A DNA stretch of 64,000 nt from Lepidodermella squamata (Eukaryota > Animalia > Gastrotricha). Below are positions 1 through 12,156 of this stretch, piece by piece. Positions within the stretch are counted from its first letter, which is position 1; each line of letters begins with the position of its first letter. A program made the position numbers and the translations under genes. The DNA lies in assembly GCA_047495785.1 (NCBI GenBank), contig JBLDXI010000011.1, forward strand, positions 434,001 to 498,000. Direction: 5' to 3'. The notes beneath the pieces were generated by a model, which had not been told where the DNA came from, searched no databases, and saw only the letters and a program-made list of their open reading frames with translations.

Positions 1-1
1 T

Positions 2-64
2 GTGATCATTGTTGTCTTCTCAATCATTGTCGACTGCATTCTCTTGCGTAAAATGCTCGAATAA
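2..64 (+). CDS. 3' end (M4 helix + stop) of a divergent Cys-loop ligand-gated ion channel subunit, partial at window edge
   Basis: Translates VIIVVFSIIVDCILLRKMLE*, matching the C-terminus VFYSIVDGVLFRKMLE* of the paralog ending at 3954. Confidence 0.8.
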   Translation: MIIVVFSIIVDCILLRKMLE

Positions 65-192
65 TCCACGACGTTTTAGAGAAAAGGTTTCGTGTTATCA
101 ATCAAAATGCCTGTTATTATGAAAATAATTTAACCAAGTGTAGCTATAACTGTTTCTTCAATCTTCAATGTCGCTTGCATGATAAATCCCAG

Positions 193-1207
193 CAGGGCTG
201 CAAAACATGCTAGACTTCCCGCGCACCGATTTAAATTTCCCGCTAAACCCGCTCGCTCGCGGTGTATTCCGTTCTATATTTCGTATCAACCACGTACTGG
301 CTTTTAGGGCTTATTTTATTCGTCTTCTGTGGCAGGGCGCGCGACCAACTAATTCACCGCGAATTTTTTGTTTCGAGCGATTTGACAGGAGACTATTAGC
401 GATATTTTACTAAAATTTGCGTGTGCTCGCGTTACTGTGAATCAGAAATTAATAACTGCACGCGTTAGGACTCGTTTTTCGTGGGCAACCAGACGCGCGC
501 GCTTGGAAAAAAATGATTCACTGATCGCACAAACTCGGCTTAAAAAGACAAAAATCAAGTTTTTGACAATGAGGAATTCCACAAAACAAATTAGATATTC
601 GGATTCAGCGTAAAAAGTTAGGCAAGTGTGCAAATTTGCGCACGTTTATCTTCCAAAATGAAGAAGAAATGCGGTAGAACAGTTTAACTGTGTGTGTGTG
701 TGCGCGCCTAATAAAACAGCGCGAGTGCTCTCAAATCTGCTCTCTCCAAGTCGAAAGGTGTAGTAAATGCGCGAGAGGTTGTGCGCGCGCAGCAACGCAC
801 ACCGCACAAAAGCACACACACACACGCGCGCGCGCACTAACGAAATTGAGATTTATTCCCTCAATGTTTTCCCCATTTTTAATCGCAGCCGCGCGCAAAT
901 ATGCCATCTAACTCAACTTTTTGCGCTGAATCAGAATATCTAATTTGTTTTGTGAAATTCCTCATTGTCAAAAACTTGATTTTTTTCATGATATCCGAGC
1001 TAAAAGAACGATTTTAGAATTTCCTCCGATTTTAAATATTCCATGGGCTAGAAAAATACGAGTTCCCCCACGGAAATTGTATTTTCTAATACTTCCCGGT
1101 AATGTTTTTTCCAAATTTCCCGGTGTTTTTTTGAATTTTCCAAGGCGAAATTTCCCAAAAATTTCCCGCGCACATTGTGCGCCATTTTTGCATGTTTTGC
1201 AGCCCTG
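193..1207. mobile_element. Non-autonomous hAT-type DNA transposon (MITE)
   Basis: 18-bp TIR CAGGGCTGCAAAACATGC / GCATGTTTTGCAGCCCTG; perfect 8-bp TSD AATCCCAG (185-192, 1208-1215); internal ~68-bp inverted arms (~552-620 / ~915-983) around CA/CG-rich microsatellites. Confidence 0.9.
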
Positions 1208-2075
1208 AATCCCAGAATGCATTTCATCTCATTTTTATATTCATCCACTCAACTGTCATATCCGTATTCCGTATAAAGTTTGTGCTTGTATCTTGTATCT
1301 ATAACGAAATAAATTTGTCATACGTGAAGGGATTTATCCAGCTTTTTTGTCCGAGGTGATGGATTGAAAAGTTGAGGGGGTTTAGAGGTTAGAAAATTTG
1401 GATAATTAGGGAATTTGAGGAGCAGTGCTCGAAGTATGGGGAAAGGGTCGTACCCCTAGTTTGCAAGGCAAACATGGAAAATCCTCATAAAAAACCACAA
1501 GAGGGCTCTAGTTCCTACTTCGCGCACTGTTGAGAAGCAATACGTCGCTGAATGATGGCAAATGGTTTGGTGTTAAATATGGCCAGATCCGATGCAGGAA
1601 TATCCCAGAAAAGCGGAACATTTTTTTGATCCAGAAAATTTCTGCCAAGAAGCTGGCGGAGAATATGCTCATTGGTCTGTGTTTTGTAACATGTCTGTTA
1701 CAGGTTTCCTATAACGAATTTTTATGTGTCCATGAGCATTTCAGTCAATAAGCAGATTTCGTCAATTTATTGAACTCTTATTTACAATGGCCAAGCCAGG
1801 AGAACGGCTGCCAGGAGAATACAGAATACGCCTTTACATGTTTTACAACTGGAAGCAATTCGTTACATGAGGATATATGTCACGCGCAGTACTCTTCAAT
1901 AGCGCGCCAGCGGCTTCGCAAGCGGGAGCATGGCATTTGTAATCGCAAGCCCAGTCAGAAGTATTTGCTCGGATATTGAGCCGAGAACTACGTCAAACAT
2001 AATTTTACGTCTCGTATCTGTTTTAAAAGTTGCTCTGTCGACGAATTTATACCATTTGCTCGCACAGATCTCGTA

Positions 2076-3954
2076 ATGCGATCATCGTTTTTCATCCTAA
2101 TGTTGTTCGGCATTGTAATAAAAGCTTTAGCAACAGCTGAGTACGATGAACTGAGCCTTATCCATAATTTATATCGCGAATCATGCCCCATGGCGTTCTA
2201 CCAATGGCTGCCTCACTATTTCAAAGGCAGTAACGAAACGCAGAGGTTTGACTTAGTCCTCAACTTGAAAACGGCCGTCGACATACGCGATATCGACCGC
2301 CGCTTATCCCTCTCGGCTGAAGTGACCGCCAACTGGCCGTGGCCGTGCGACTCAAATGCTTTAAACAAGAAGCTGGCAGCCGCCAATATCACTGGCATCG
2401 ATGCGCTTCGAGCTGATGGCTTCCAAATGAGTGCTTCCTTAGACGAAGTCTGGCGTCCGAGTGTGTATCACAGAAATGCAGCCTCCTCTCCTGGGGTCAT
2501 AATGGAGTAAGCAATTTTGTTTAGTGATTAGCCGCAAATTATTTCGCCTAGTCGATTTCCTATAAGTAATAAATGGTCCTTCTAAGAACGTAAAAATAAA
2601 AAGAAATTGCGTAATACATGCAGCTTCAAGCTGAATAACAACTTCACAGCTCAACAGAGAGAAAGTCGGCGTTAGGAGGTTCATAAATACTCCAATTTTT
2701 AAGCGATGAAGCATGCGGCTCTCGGGCCACCGGGCTAAGTCTGCCAGTCTTCGACCAGCCTACAAACAACGCCCAACCGGGTCTGTAAATCCAGCGACCC
2801 ATGCCCAATGCTCCTAGTGCAATGAACCAAGATCCTTTCAATGGGGTTCCGAATTCGCAGTTAATTTTCCGCTTGAAAATGGTTTCTAGTGAAGTGATAG
2901 ATACAAAAAAATAAGACTTGCGCTAAAACCTATAACTCATCATAAACCTAAGCTCCACCCTAACCAAACCGTAACGTTAACCATAACCCGACCCCTCCTA
3001 ACCTGGACACCTAGCCCTTACTCCTTACCCCAACCATTGATAATCGATTTGTTGAAAAACGCATGTTTATAGGTTACAGGAGTCCGTATAGGAGGTAAGG
3101 AGGAAAACGACTCCTTCGAAAATCTTCGAAAAAGTTCCCACTTATAATTCCTTAAAATTTGGGATCAGAAGTGCTGAATTTACCCCCTGGATCAAGTTGG
3201 ACCACTGCAACATTTTGCATGAAACGATGTTGGATAGGTTTTTAATTTAAGCATACAAATTACGTATGAAAGAGCACTTTGAAATTTTTTTTTCGCAACA
3301 AATAAGATAAGGCCAGATAACAGATAATTATTTCCAACCCGTTAATTATTAAATAACCGCTTCTGGAACCCTTTCTAAGAACGAATACACCGACCATCGA
3401 CCCTACAAATTATTACGTTACTGAAATTTTTGAGCTTTTTTAATTAAGCTGCCGACTTCAACAATATTTGGGCTTTCGAGAAACACAATTATACAAATAA
3501 AGGCGACTCGCTGTTTGTATACTTGTCATTCAAACGCAAGTCTGGTTTCGTGATCCAGCAAATCATCGCGCCCTGTTACATTCTGGCTGTGCTTCAGATT
3601 CTTGGCCTGCTGATGCCTGCGAAAGCGCCTGACCGGCCTCTCTTCAGCATCACAGTACTACTCGCGTTCTTCGTCATTCTTGGCATGACGTTCAAAGCAA
3701 TTCCTCAATCGCCAGATCCTGTTTACCTGGCAATTTTGATCGAGACAAAAATTGGCATCGGGGCAATGGTTACTTTGTACAGCTTAGTAACAATCCGCTT
3801 TGCAAAGAGGCAGATTTCGAAGCATATCCTTTTCCAGATATTTAATTTCTATTATTTTACAATCATTAAATTGCTGGACTTGATGCCGATTGTTGCTGTA
3901 TTAGTATTCTACAGCATTGTTGATGGAGTTCTTTTCCGTAAGATGCTAGAATAA
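2076..3954 (+). pseudogene. Divergent pLGIC subunit paralog 1, probably disrupted (Cys-loop-coding segment not found)
   Basis: Exon 1 is 2076-2506 (signal peptide, SCP, WPWPC, VWRP; same phase-2 GA|gtaag donor as the paralogs). Homology resumes at ~3448 (IWAF...FKRK, M1-M4). No C...FPFD...C segment seen between, and the AG at 3447-3448 is not phase-compatible. Confidence 0.65.
2920..3036. repeat. Degenerate (CCCTAA)n telomere-like tract
   Basis: Run of imperfect CCTAA/CCCTAA/CCATAA hexamers inside pLGIC paralog 1. Confidence 0.6.
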
Positions 3955-4465
3955 TCTTCAACCTTCAAGCTACGCCATCTCTTAAAACTAAGTAAATTGG
4001 CAAATGCTGATTGCATTTGCCGGTACTCTATCGTGAAAAAACCATGGTTATCAATTGTTCCTTCTAGGCTATGGGAAACCGGTCGTTCTAATAACTCCAA
4101 TACGACGATTATAAATAAATGTGAAACAATTACAACGAAATCTATCACCGTTCTTGAGAAAATAGGTTTGGAATTTCAGGTCTATAAGTGCTGATTTTTC
4201 TTTTTTTCACGCTGATTACATACTTTCTTCAAAATCAATAGCTTAAAAAATGCAATGCTTGGCTTTTTGGATATCGAATTATTGCATATCTCTAACTTTG
4301 TTAAGGTCTCCGCACAAACTCCGTATCTTTTTTTTTGCTTACGCATACGACCAATCACTTACGCAAACGGCGAAAAACATACGACCACATACGCACCCTA
4401 TTCACAAACTCTGCATGCGTATGCGTTATGTTTTTGCTGAACGGCGTTGTCACCTAAAAAAGGCT

Positions 4466-4537
4466 TGCTTTGACCGGGGATCGAACCCGGGTGACTTGTT
4501 TGTGAGATCGGCATAACACCGATTACACTAACAAGAC
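4466..4537 (-). ncRNA. tRNA-derived (Val-like) Pol III cassette in left MITE arm; not a canonical tRNA
   Basis: Minus strand has A-box TAGTGTAATCGG, B-box GGTTCGATCCC and a T6 run just downstream; anticodon arm does not pair well. Confidence 0.5.
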
Positions 4538-4845
4538 GCATGATTTCGAGTTGTAGTAATCAGTACTTGACGGATCACGCATCGTGATACAATTATTAAT
4601 TAATATAAATGGTAATTATTTATAGAGCACTTAAAATTTCTTATTTATTTATCCCAAATGACCCCAAAAGGTACAGGGAATTAAAAAAAATTCTTCTGAA
4701 TTTTTATGATTTTTTCCTGAATTTCCATCGAGTTTTTGATAATTATTCAATTAGTCATAATAATTAATATTTTCAACTTCAATGTTCGCAGAGTTGTGAT
4801 GGTGGCACGATTAAAACCGGAGAAATTATCTCACTGTTTGCGTAA

Positions 4846-4927
4846 GTCGTTGTGGCGAGGTTGGTTATTGACTTGCCTCGACGATGGGAGGCTCGGGTTC
4901 GAACCCCGCTCACCACACGACTTTTTT
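4846..4927 (+). ncRNA. tRNA-derived Pol III cassette in right MITE arm; not a canonical tRNA
   Basis: A-box TGGCGAGGTTGG, B-box GGTTCGAACCC, TTTTTT at 4922-4927. Confidence 0.5.
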
Positions 4928-6179
4928 AAGCGATCAGGCCTCGTTGCAAAAATACATAACGCTTACGCATTCAGAGTTTGTGAATTGGTCGTATGTGATA
5001 TGTTTTTCTTAAAACATGCGAGCGAGGCAAAAAACTTAACGCAAAACTTGTCTACTTATTTCATGCAGAGTTTGTGCGGAGACCTTTACGACTGCTCACG
5101 TGGCAACATACCTCGTGGTGAACGAAACACTCGAAACACCTGGCCCGACGATTTTCCTGTTATCACCCGCGTCGACACCGATGATGCTATCCGGAATCTA
5201 GCCCGTCTATTGCGAAATAGGCTAGCACTACCACTACAGCAAGTAGCGAGTATCGATTCGGAAACTCAAACGGCCTCGGCAGCGACGAATTGCCCGATTT
5301 CCAGGCGCTCAGAATACATCTGCGCGGCGAAGCGATTTGTCCCTTCACCAGCACAACGAAACGAAAATCGTTTTTATTTGCCCTTATGTGACATACAAAT
5401 TGCATTTAAAGGCAGAAAAATATCATTAAAAGTAAATGTCAAACAAGGCGCCAGCACAACGCGGACAAAAACTGGATACATGAGCCGACTTTCATGAGCC
5501 CTGTGGAGAGCTAATAATTTTTGCCCACTTATTTTGAGGAATTCGGAAATTTTAGGAGATAACTTAGATGATGGGGAATGGTTTGATATTAAATAGTCCC
5601 AGATCCGATAAAGATCCGTTGCAGGGCAAACTCGCAAAAGCAACAATTCAATTCCAAACTTTCTAAGACTACGGATCACTCGAAGATTACAAGATCGAAT
5701 CGATAACTCAGCGGCTAAATGAGTTAGGTCTGTCCAAGGAGACATGTACAGGTTCCAATAAATCCAATTCGACCACCTTTTGATACACTTGAAGTTAGGC
5801 CAGGGGAAATTCAGAAGACAAAACAGGGGAAAATGTAAAACCTCTCGACGGTGCCTAATTTTGAATAACAGCTTCACTTCTGCTGAACCTAAACTGCATT
5901 TTTGAAGCGTTGCGAGAACACGATGAAAATATCAATCTGCCATAATTAGTGTCTTTCATTTTACGGATTCGCACACCTGATTTTGACCCGCGACCCACGA
6001 CAATTTTGACCCCCATAATTTCTAATCTTTGCAAGCTCTGCCATCATACGTTGTGATATACGCCCATGTTTACCGGAGAAAAAATGCAGAAGGGGGTCTG
6101 TGGATTCCTCAGGCTATGTGTGACACTCATCTTGTCCTCTGACATACATAGACCTGTAATCAGTCATTTTTTCTGCATT

Positions 6180-6238
6180 TGATAAGCTAATTTCAACCTG
6201 GCATGTGCGCCTGATAAGAACTGATCTGGCTATAAAAG
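6180..6238 (+). promoter_or_regulatory. Putative core promoter: TATA box and two GATA sites
   Basis: TATAAAAG at 6231-6238, ~40 nt before ATG 6274; TGATAAG at ~6180 and ~6212. Confidence 0.5.
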
Positions 6239-6273
6239 CTTAGATTGAAACCGTTGAGTAGCAGCCTTATAAA

Positions 6274-8540
6274 ATGTATTCAATCGTTTTACTTTGCTTG
6301 ATTGGTCTCAGTGGTTCAGCTACTGCCACGTGGGTCCGGCGGGAGAGCCTTGAGCTCTTTGCGGTAATGGACGCGAAAAATGGTGTTAACGACTTGTCGG
6401 GCAAGCAGGCGATCAGCTCGAGCAACGATGCGGTGTTGAATTCTTACTACAGTGGACCTTTCAACGAGCCGCAGTCAAGCTATAGCGTCAAATCGAGTTA
6501 CCGGGCGATCGTTTACTACAACACCACGAAGAACACTTACAGAAGCTTCACATACACGATGTATTACCACGCTGATGCATTTGGAGATTCCGGTTTATTC
6601 TCAGAGCAGAACACGGCCTCGAGAAGACTCGGTCTCGTGCGGAAGGGAAATACGCTTGAAATTCACGGCTACAGCGGGACCGAAGACAAATCTTCGTCAA
6701 TCCGTGTTGAGAAAGCAGCAGATTTCTTCGCATTCTCCCGTTGGCATTTCATCGCTGTTACCTACGACGACGCGAATAACGAAGTAGCCCTCTACGATTC
6801 GGCTGGATTTTTGAAGAAGAGCTTTAAAAACTTCCACATCGACCCAAGTTCCTCGACGGGCTACGTTGTTGGCAACGCGAGGGATAACTATGGCTATTCG
6901 TACGGTCTGCAAATGAATGAAGCTATAGCTTGTGTGACAGTTCACAGCTCTGTTCTCAGCCAGTCTGAAATAAGCCAGCTGAGTGATGCCTGCAAATACA
7001 AGGGCGAGTACCCGCCAATGTGGCCTTCGACCGACAACTTGATGGCCGTGTGGCCTCTCACCAATAAACACAAGTTCAAAGATTTGGGAAAGAATGATCT
7101 TTCCTCTAGTTTTCCCTCTAATGGTAATTTCGTCGCAGTCAACGGTCCATTCGGAGGAGAGCTCAACGCAATCATGCCAACAAAGGACACGTACATGGAA
7201 ATGTTCAAAGTCTCGCATTCAGCTTTCAAAAGTAACAAGAGGTCTTTCACAGTCTCGTTTTTCCTTAGGCTAGATAAAAATGACTCGAAAGGAGGGATAT
7301 TTCAGTTCTTCGCTGAATTTGCTACTACCAACAAACTCCCACAAATTCACTACTCTGGTAATAAAGTTACCCTATCCGCTGGAGGAGTCGTTGCGGGTAC
7401 TACAATGCTAAGCTCGGATTCTGTCTGGAGTTTTATCAGCTTCAGCTACAACGGATATTCCCAGCTATTGACTGTCTACAACAAGCACGGTGTCGCTTAC
7501 AAGAGTACGAATATTGTTCCGATTGATATAAGCAATTATATTAATGGTGCGCAAGTTGGATATGCCGTCACAGCCGGTAGTTTGGCGCGTGGTGACAGCT
7601 TGTCCTGCTTATCGGTTTATTACTCCGACTTATCCTGGCCCGAGGTTCAGCGTCTGATCAGCGCTTGCCGGAACACACACGAAGTCACGATGCCTGGACA
7701 GCCCAAGTTGCCGCTGTCACCGATTCCAGCCCACACGTCGTCTTCAGCTCAAATCCCGCGAGCTGGCCAGTTTCCATGGCTCGGCGTCCTTAGCAACGTA
7801 TACGGAAATGAAACCATGTGCACTGTGTCGATTATCGACGAACTGTGGGTTCTAACCTCGGCTAAATGCGTGAATTCTAGCGATGCATACAAGCTTCCAG
7901 TTGTGACAGGTGTTCACGATTTCGCAGTCTCTTCTGTATACAAAAAGACGCATGCCATCTCCAAAATTATTCGATCCGGTAACTCAGAACGCGACATAGC
8001 TCTGCTGAAGTTGAAATCACCAATTGACATGACCTCAACTTATGTAAACGACATTTCGATCTACGGCAAGGATTCTAATAATGTCGACCAGAGTTCGTTC
8101 CAATTCATAGCCGGCTGGGGTAAAAATGGCCGATCCAGCCCGACAAGTAAAACCCTGCCAAGATTCGTTCATGGCGTGAAACTGGACGATGAGAACTGTG
8201 TGATTTCGTGGAAAGATGGCTTCGAGCCAGCGACTGACAGCTGCTTCCAATCTGCCACTCGAGATTTGAACGTGCCCTGCGACGGCGACGAAGGCTCCCC
8301 ACTCATGTTCCAATCACTTGGCAACGGAAAATCAGGAGACAGCCTCTTGCAGGTACTAGATACTAAAATGTATAATCTGCTTGTTTTATTGCTAAATGTT
8401 TGCAGTACGGGATTTATTTTGGCCGCGATGAAAAATGTTCAGCTAATAAGTTACCGCTGTTTGCAGACCTGGAGCCCTTTGGATCGTGGATTTCCGAAAA
8501 GTTGGTTTGTGACATAACCACAGACAATCCGAGCTGTTGA
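6274..8540 (+). CDS. Secreted protein with two LamG/ConA-like domains + catalytically inactive trypsin-like domain; exons 6274-8352, 8406-8540
   Basis: Signal peptide; two repeats with GPF..FT.S/T..W.F...Y..ACL/V..LS..E/V..L..AC; S1 protease motifs FPW, WVLTSAKC, DIALLKL, GWG, CDGDEGSP. A 53-nt GT-AG intron restores the protease C-terminus (YGIYFG..C..LFADLEPFGSWI). AATAAA at ~8649. Confidence 0.85.
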
Positions 8541-9763
8541 GGAATTGAATGCTATTTGACTTTCCAAAATTGATTTTTGTCCAATTATACATTCGACGAG
8601 GTGTGGTCTTTTAATTATTACGATTACTAATGATATCCACTTAAATCGAATAAAGAATAAGAACTGCAATTTCAAAAGATCTTCTGACCATGTAAAACGT
8701 TAAGCTCTCTTTTGCTTATTGAACAAGTATCAATTTCATGGCGGTAAACTCTCAAAATATTTCGGGACTAGTGCCCATGAAACTGGAAGGTTATTTGACG
8801 GGGAGGAGGGTTGGGAATGACCCAGCTCTTCGGCTGCGATAACGCTCCTCGCATAGAGAACATAGTGATTATATAAAATGAGGATAGTGCTGACCGGGCT
8901 ACCAGGTAAGCTACCACCTTGAGGTACCAAACTGCCGAATGAGGTCCTTTCAGCCTGCTGTTGAACGTTGAACAAGATGGCATCAAAATTCTGAGGTAAA
9001 ATTTCCGTTTGGTCATCGATGATTCAGCAGCAGTGCGACTTCCAGCTCGGCCGGGCCAGACAACAAAATGAGAATTTATCACACTGTTTTGTTAATTTTG
9101 GAAGGTTGTGGGGCGTGTTTTAGTGAAAATCCCAAAAGTTTCTCGCTTTGCTCGGTTTTTAGCCGAAATGACTCGTCATCCCTGGGTGCTCGGGGATCGA
9201 AGATCGCACCCTGGCGTTGCGTGAATACGCATCTCACCGAGCCTTGTGTTCACGACAATCGAGCAATCCAATAAGAATGATTAGCTTTATTTCAGCTTCC
9301 TTTCGCCTACACGTCGAAATATGTTGTCATCTGTACTATGATTAAGAGACTTCAATGAGTCCTAATTCCTAATAAAATGCGTTGATAACAATCCCTTTCA
9401 ATATGAGTCACTTTTCACTGGAAAAGATGGTGACTTATCAACAAAGATTACAAAAAAGATTGAACTCCACCCATGAGTAAACGCTAAATATAAAAGATTC
9501 CTTCTTGTTCACTTCAAGTCACTTTATTGCTGCTGAATTCACCCTCAAGTTCCCAAGTTCCGAATAATTATATTTCTACACCAATTCAACCTGGCTGACG
9601 TGCTATTTGCTGAAACCGGTAAGAATATGTTCACATTTGCTTAGTTCGATCTTGCGGATCAATGCATTTTCCAGGCTCTGTTGCCAACGGCGGAGCTGGC
9701 ATTGCCGATGATGTAAGAAAGCTGTTTCCCTCCAATTCGATTCATCATTCAGGTTTTCTATAG

Positions 9764-12156
9764 CTTGGGAGGATTCGCCGCAAAATCAATGTGACACCAC
9801 CCACTAAAAAATCTTATCTTTCCGCTCATGCCTGGAAAGACCAAGCTGGAACTATTAGAGAGGTAAAGTTTTTTACAGGTGACATATCATTTGCAAAATC
9901 TCTAATCTCTATAGTATCAACTGCTGAAATGTATCACTATTCCATTCATGGTTAAAGTCCTCGACGTGATGATCACAAATTCGTACACGGCTATTGTTAT
10001 TGAAAGCTACGGCTTTGGTAGGTGGCAAATATGTCTATTCATGACGCTGGAATAAAAGCAACTTCAGTGTTTCGACGTGTTCAAGATTGTATTCAAAATT
10101 AAGACCTCTTAAAAAAAACTAGAGGCTAGGAGTCTTTTCTCGCTATATTAGCGTTATACAGTTGGGCAAATGGCGGCAGTTGGTAGGGTCGAGCACAGCA
10201 TTGTCATTGAAAAGTGAAACGTGTTCCAATTCAATTTCCCAATTAAAGTTGCCAAGGGAATTGCGTGCTTTCGATGGACTTCGAACCCAGGGGCGTAACT
10301 AGCCGGGGAAAAATTGCCAAAAAATTAAAAGTTATGTTCTTCCTACTTCTCAAAATTGATGCCTTTCGAACTAGGGGGAGTGTAATGCTCACGGAAGGTA
10401 TAAAGCTTGATGTCAACCAGGCTTTTCTGTTAAAGTTTGAAGCATGTTTAGGGTATTTCTGAGGCAAAAATAAAATAAAAACCATTATCTGAAGCTTGCT
10501 TCGCTCGCGAGTGGCTGATTCCTGAGGGAATCTTGATTTAGTCTACGAAACTGGGGGGGGGGCAGCCTTGGGGCCAGCACATCTTTTCTACGTATTTGCG
10601 GCCCCGAATTTTTCAGACCAAAGGGTCCCCCTGTGGTACCCTGAGTGGATTTTTCCTGCTGGTGGGGCCGGTCGGTGCCCCCCCCCCCTTAGTTACGCCC
10701 CTGCCTTGGTCGTTCCTAGCATCGGCGTCATTCAGCGTGGCTGTCGAGTTGGGCCAGCTGGTACTGATGAGACCTTGGTTAGTCGCGAAAAACTCTGTTC
10801 TGATCTTCGCTTGTTGATTCCTCGGCTGAGTTGAGGTCAGAGAAAGATTTGTAATACCGGGAATGTAGTGGGCTTGGCGATTAGTATATTTACCAGGGAT
10901 TGTTAGCTCAGCATACATTTACGAGTCCTGTTTCCTGTTTCATGGGGCGGGTCGATTGTTCTGTTCTGATGTTGTGAACAGCTATCTTGAGATTTCGAGT
11001 CCGTTGTCGCTGAAGTTGGCGATAATTTCAGCATCTTCGTTTGAGTGCAACCTGACTAGAAGCCATAAATTCATATAATTACGCACAGGCTCGGATCTTT
11101 CATCTTATTTGGCTCAGTCAAAAGAACCTATCTCAGAAAATACGATTAGGACTTGGGCTGCTCAGCTTGTGATAGCAATTCGATCTCTTCATGATAACGA
11201 AATCGTTCACATGGATATACGACCCTCGGTATGAATTGATCTTAACCCCAAATCCTAACTGGCTCATGTTTTGCAGAACATTTTCCTCGCTGTTAATGGC
11301 ACTTTGAAACTCGGAGACTTTGGGCTGGCAAAACGGAAATGGTTAGCAATCAAACTTCGCACAAATAATGTCAACAGTTTTGCCATGTTACTATCATAGC
11401 TTGGAATCACTTCCGAATCTCGAACAGGGAGAAGCAGTTTACGTCGCCCCAGAGCTATGGAAAAAGCAAACGTTATCTGCGCAATCCGACATTTGGTCTT
11501 TGGGAGTTACATTATTCGAAATGGCTAGCTTAAAATCGCCAGCTTACACGGTAGAACTTGGTGAAACTTACGAAATGGCAATAGCAAGGTTCGCCGATTT
11601 AAATATTAGGAGCATGCTCTAAAGCATTCACATTTCTTATCATTCAGATGGAAGAATAGGTCTATACCTGAGATTTACAGTTCAGATCTTCGCAATCTAA
11701 TCCAATCTATGCTCAATGATGACCCTGCGTTGAGGCCGTCAGCTCATCAACTTCTTTCAAACGACATTTTAGCCGATAAAGTAAAAGAAGCCTTAGAGAT
11801 GAATGGTAAGTCATCAAACCATCATTTCCTGCCAATTAATTTGCGATTTGAAGGTTGCGACAAAGAAAGCGATTCTTTAGGTTGCTCAACGATTTCTTCT
11901 CTGCCAAAACAAGTCTCTTCAAGTTCAGTCGTTACCATGGTAAGCCATCAATTTCATCTGAAGTAGTGCAATCATCTACATTTTTGCTGCGGTTTCAGAA
12001 TAATAGGAATCAAGGACTAAGCGAGGAGAAAAGAATCGGGATTCAAAATCAATTGATCCTGATTTTACAGGCTCACCACCAAGCGTCACAGGAATACACC
12101 GCTTGCAGCAGCGATTACGCAACGCAAATAATGCGCATGCAGCGTGAGTGCACAAG
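9764..12156 (+). CDS. Multi-exon NEK-like Ser/Thr kinase continuing into a TAZ1-like helix (5' start and 3' junction unresolved)
   Basis: Phase-consistent exons 9764-9862, 9915-10017, 11089-11228, 11277-11341, 11400-11588, 11648-11805, 11854-11939, 11999-~12156. They give IRE|YQLLK, HMDIRPS|NIFL, LKLGDFGLAK, YVAPE, SDIWSLG, DPALRPSA, then EEKRIGIQNQLILILQAH. Confidence 0.8.
10288..10703. mobile_element. Intronic non-autonomous TIR element (hAT-like ends)
   Basis: TIR CAGGGGCGTAACTA / TAGTTACGCCCCTG; no matching TSD seen. Confidence 0.6.

Larger units (their letters stand above)
4304..5085. mobile_element. PIF/Harbinger (Tourist-like) MITE with tRNA-like cassettes in both arms
   Basis: TIR AGGTCTCCGCACAAACT / AGTTTGTGCGGAGACCT; 3-bp TTA TSD on both sides (4301-4303, 5086-5088); arms are diverged inverted copies of each other. 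Confidence 0.8.

Noticed and set aside
4466-4927. Functional tRNA genes
   Set aside because: A/B boxes are present but acceptor and anticodon stems do not pair properly, and both lie inside a MITE.
4736-5877. ORFs of 253 aa (+) and 167 aa (-)
   Set aside because: No recognisable motifs; the first runs through MITE sequence, and a faint death-domain-like impression in the second is too weak to support.
8353-8517. Hydrophobic C-terminus of the 747-aa ORF as a TM anchor
   Set aside because: It comes from read-through of a 53-nt intron; splicing gives a normal protease C-terminus.
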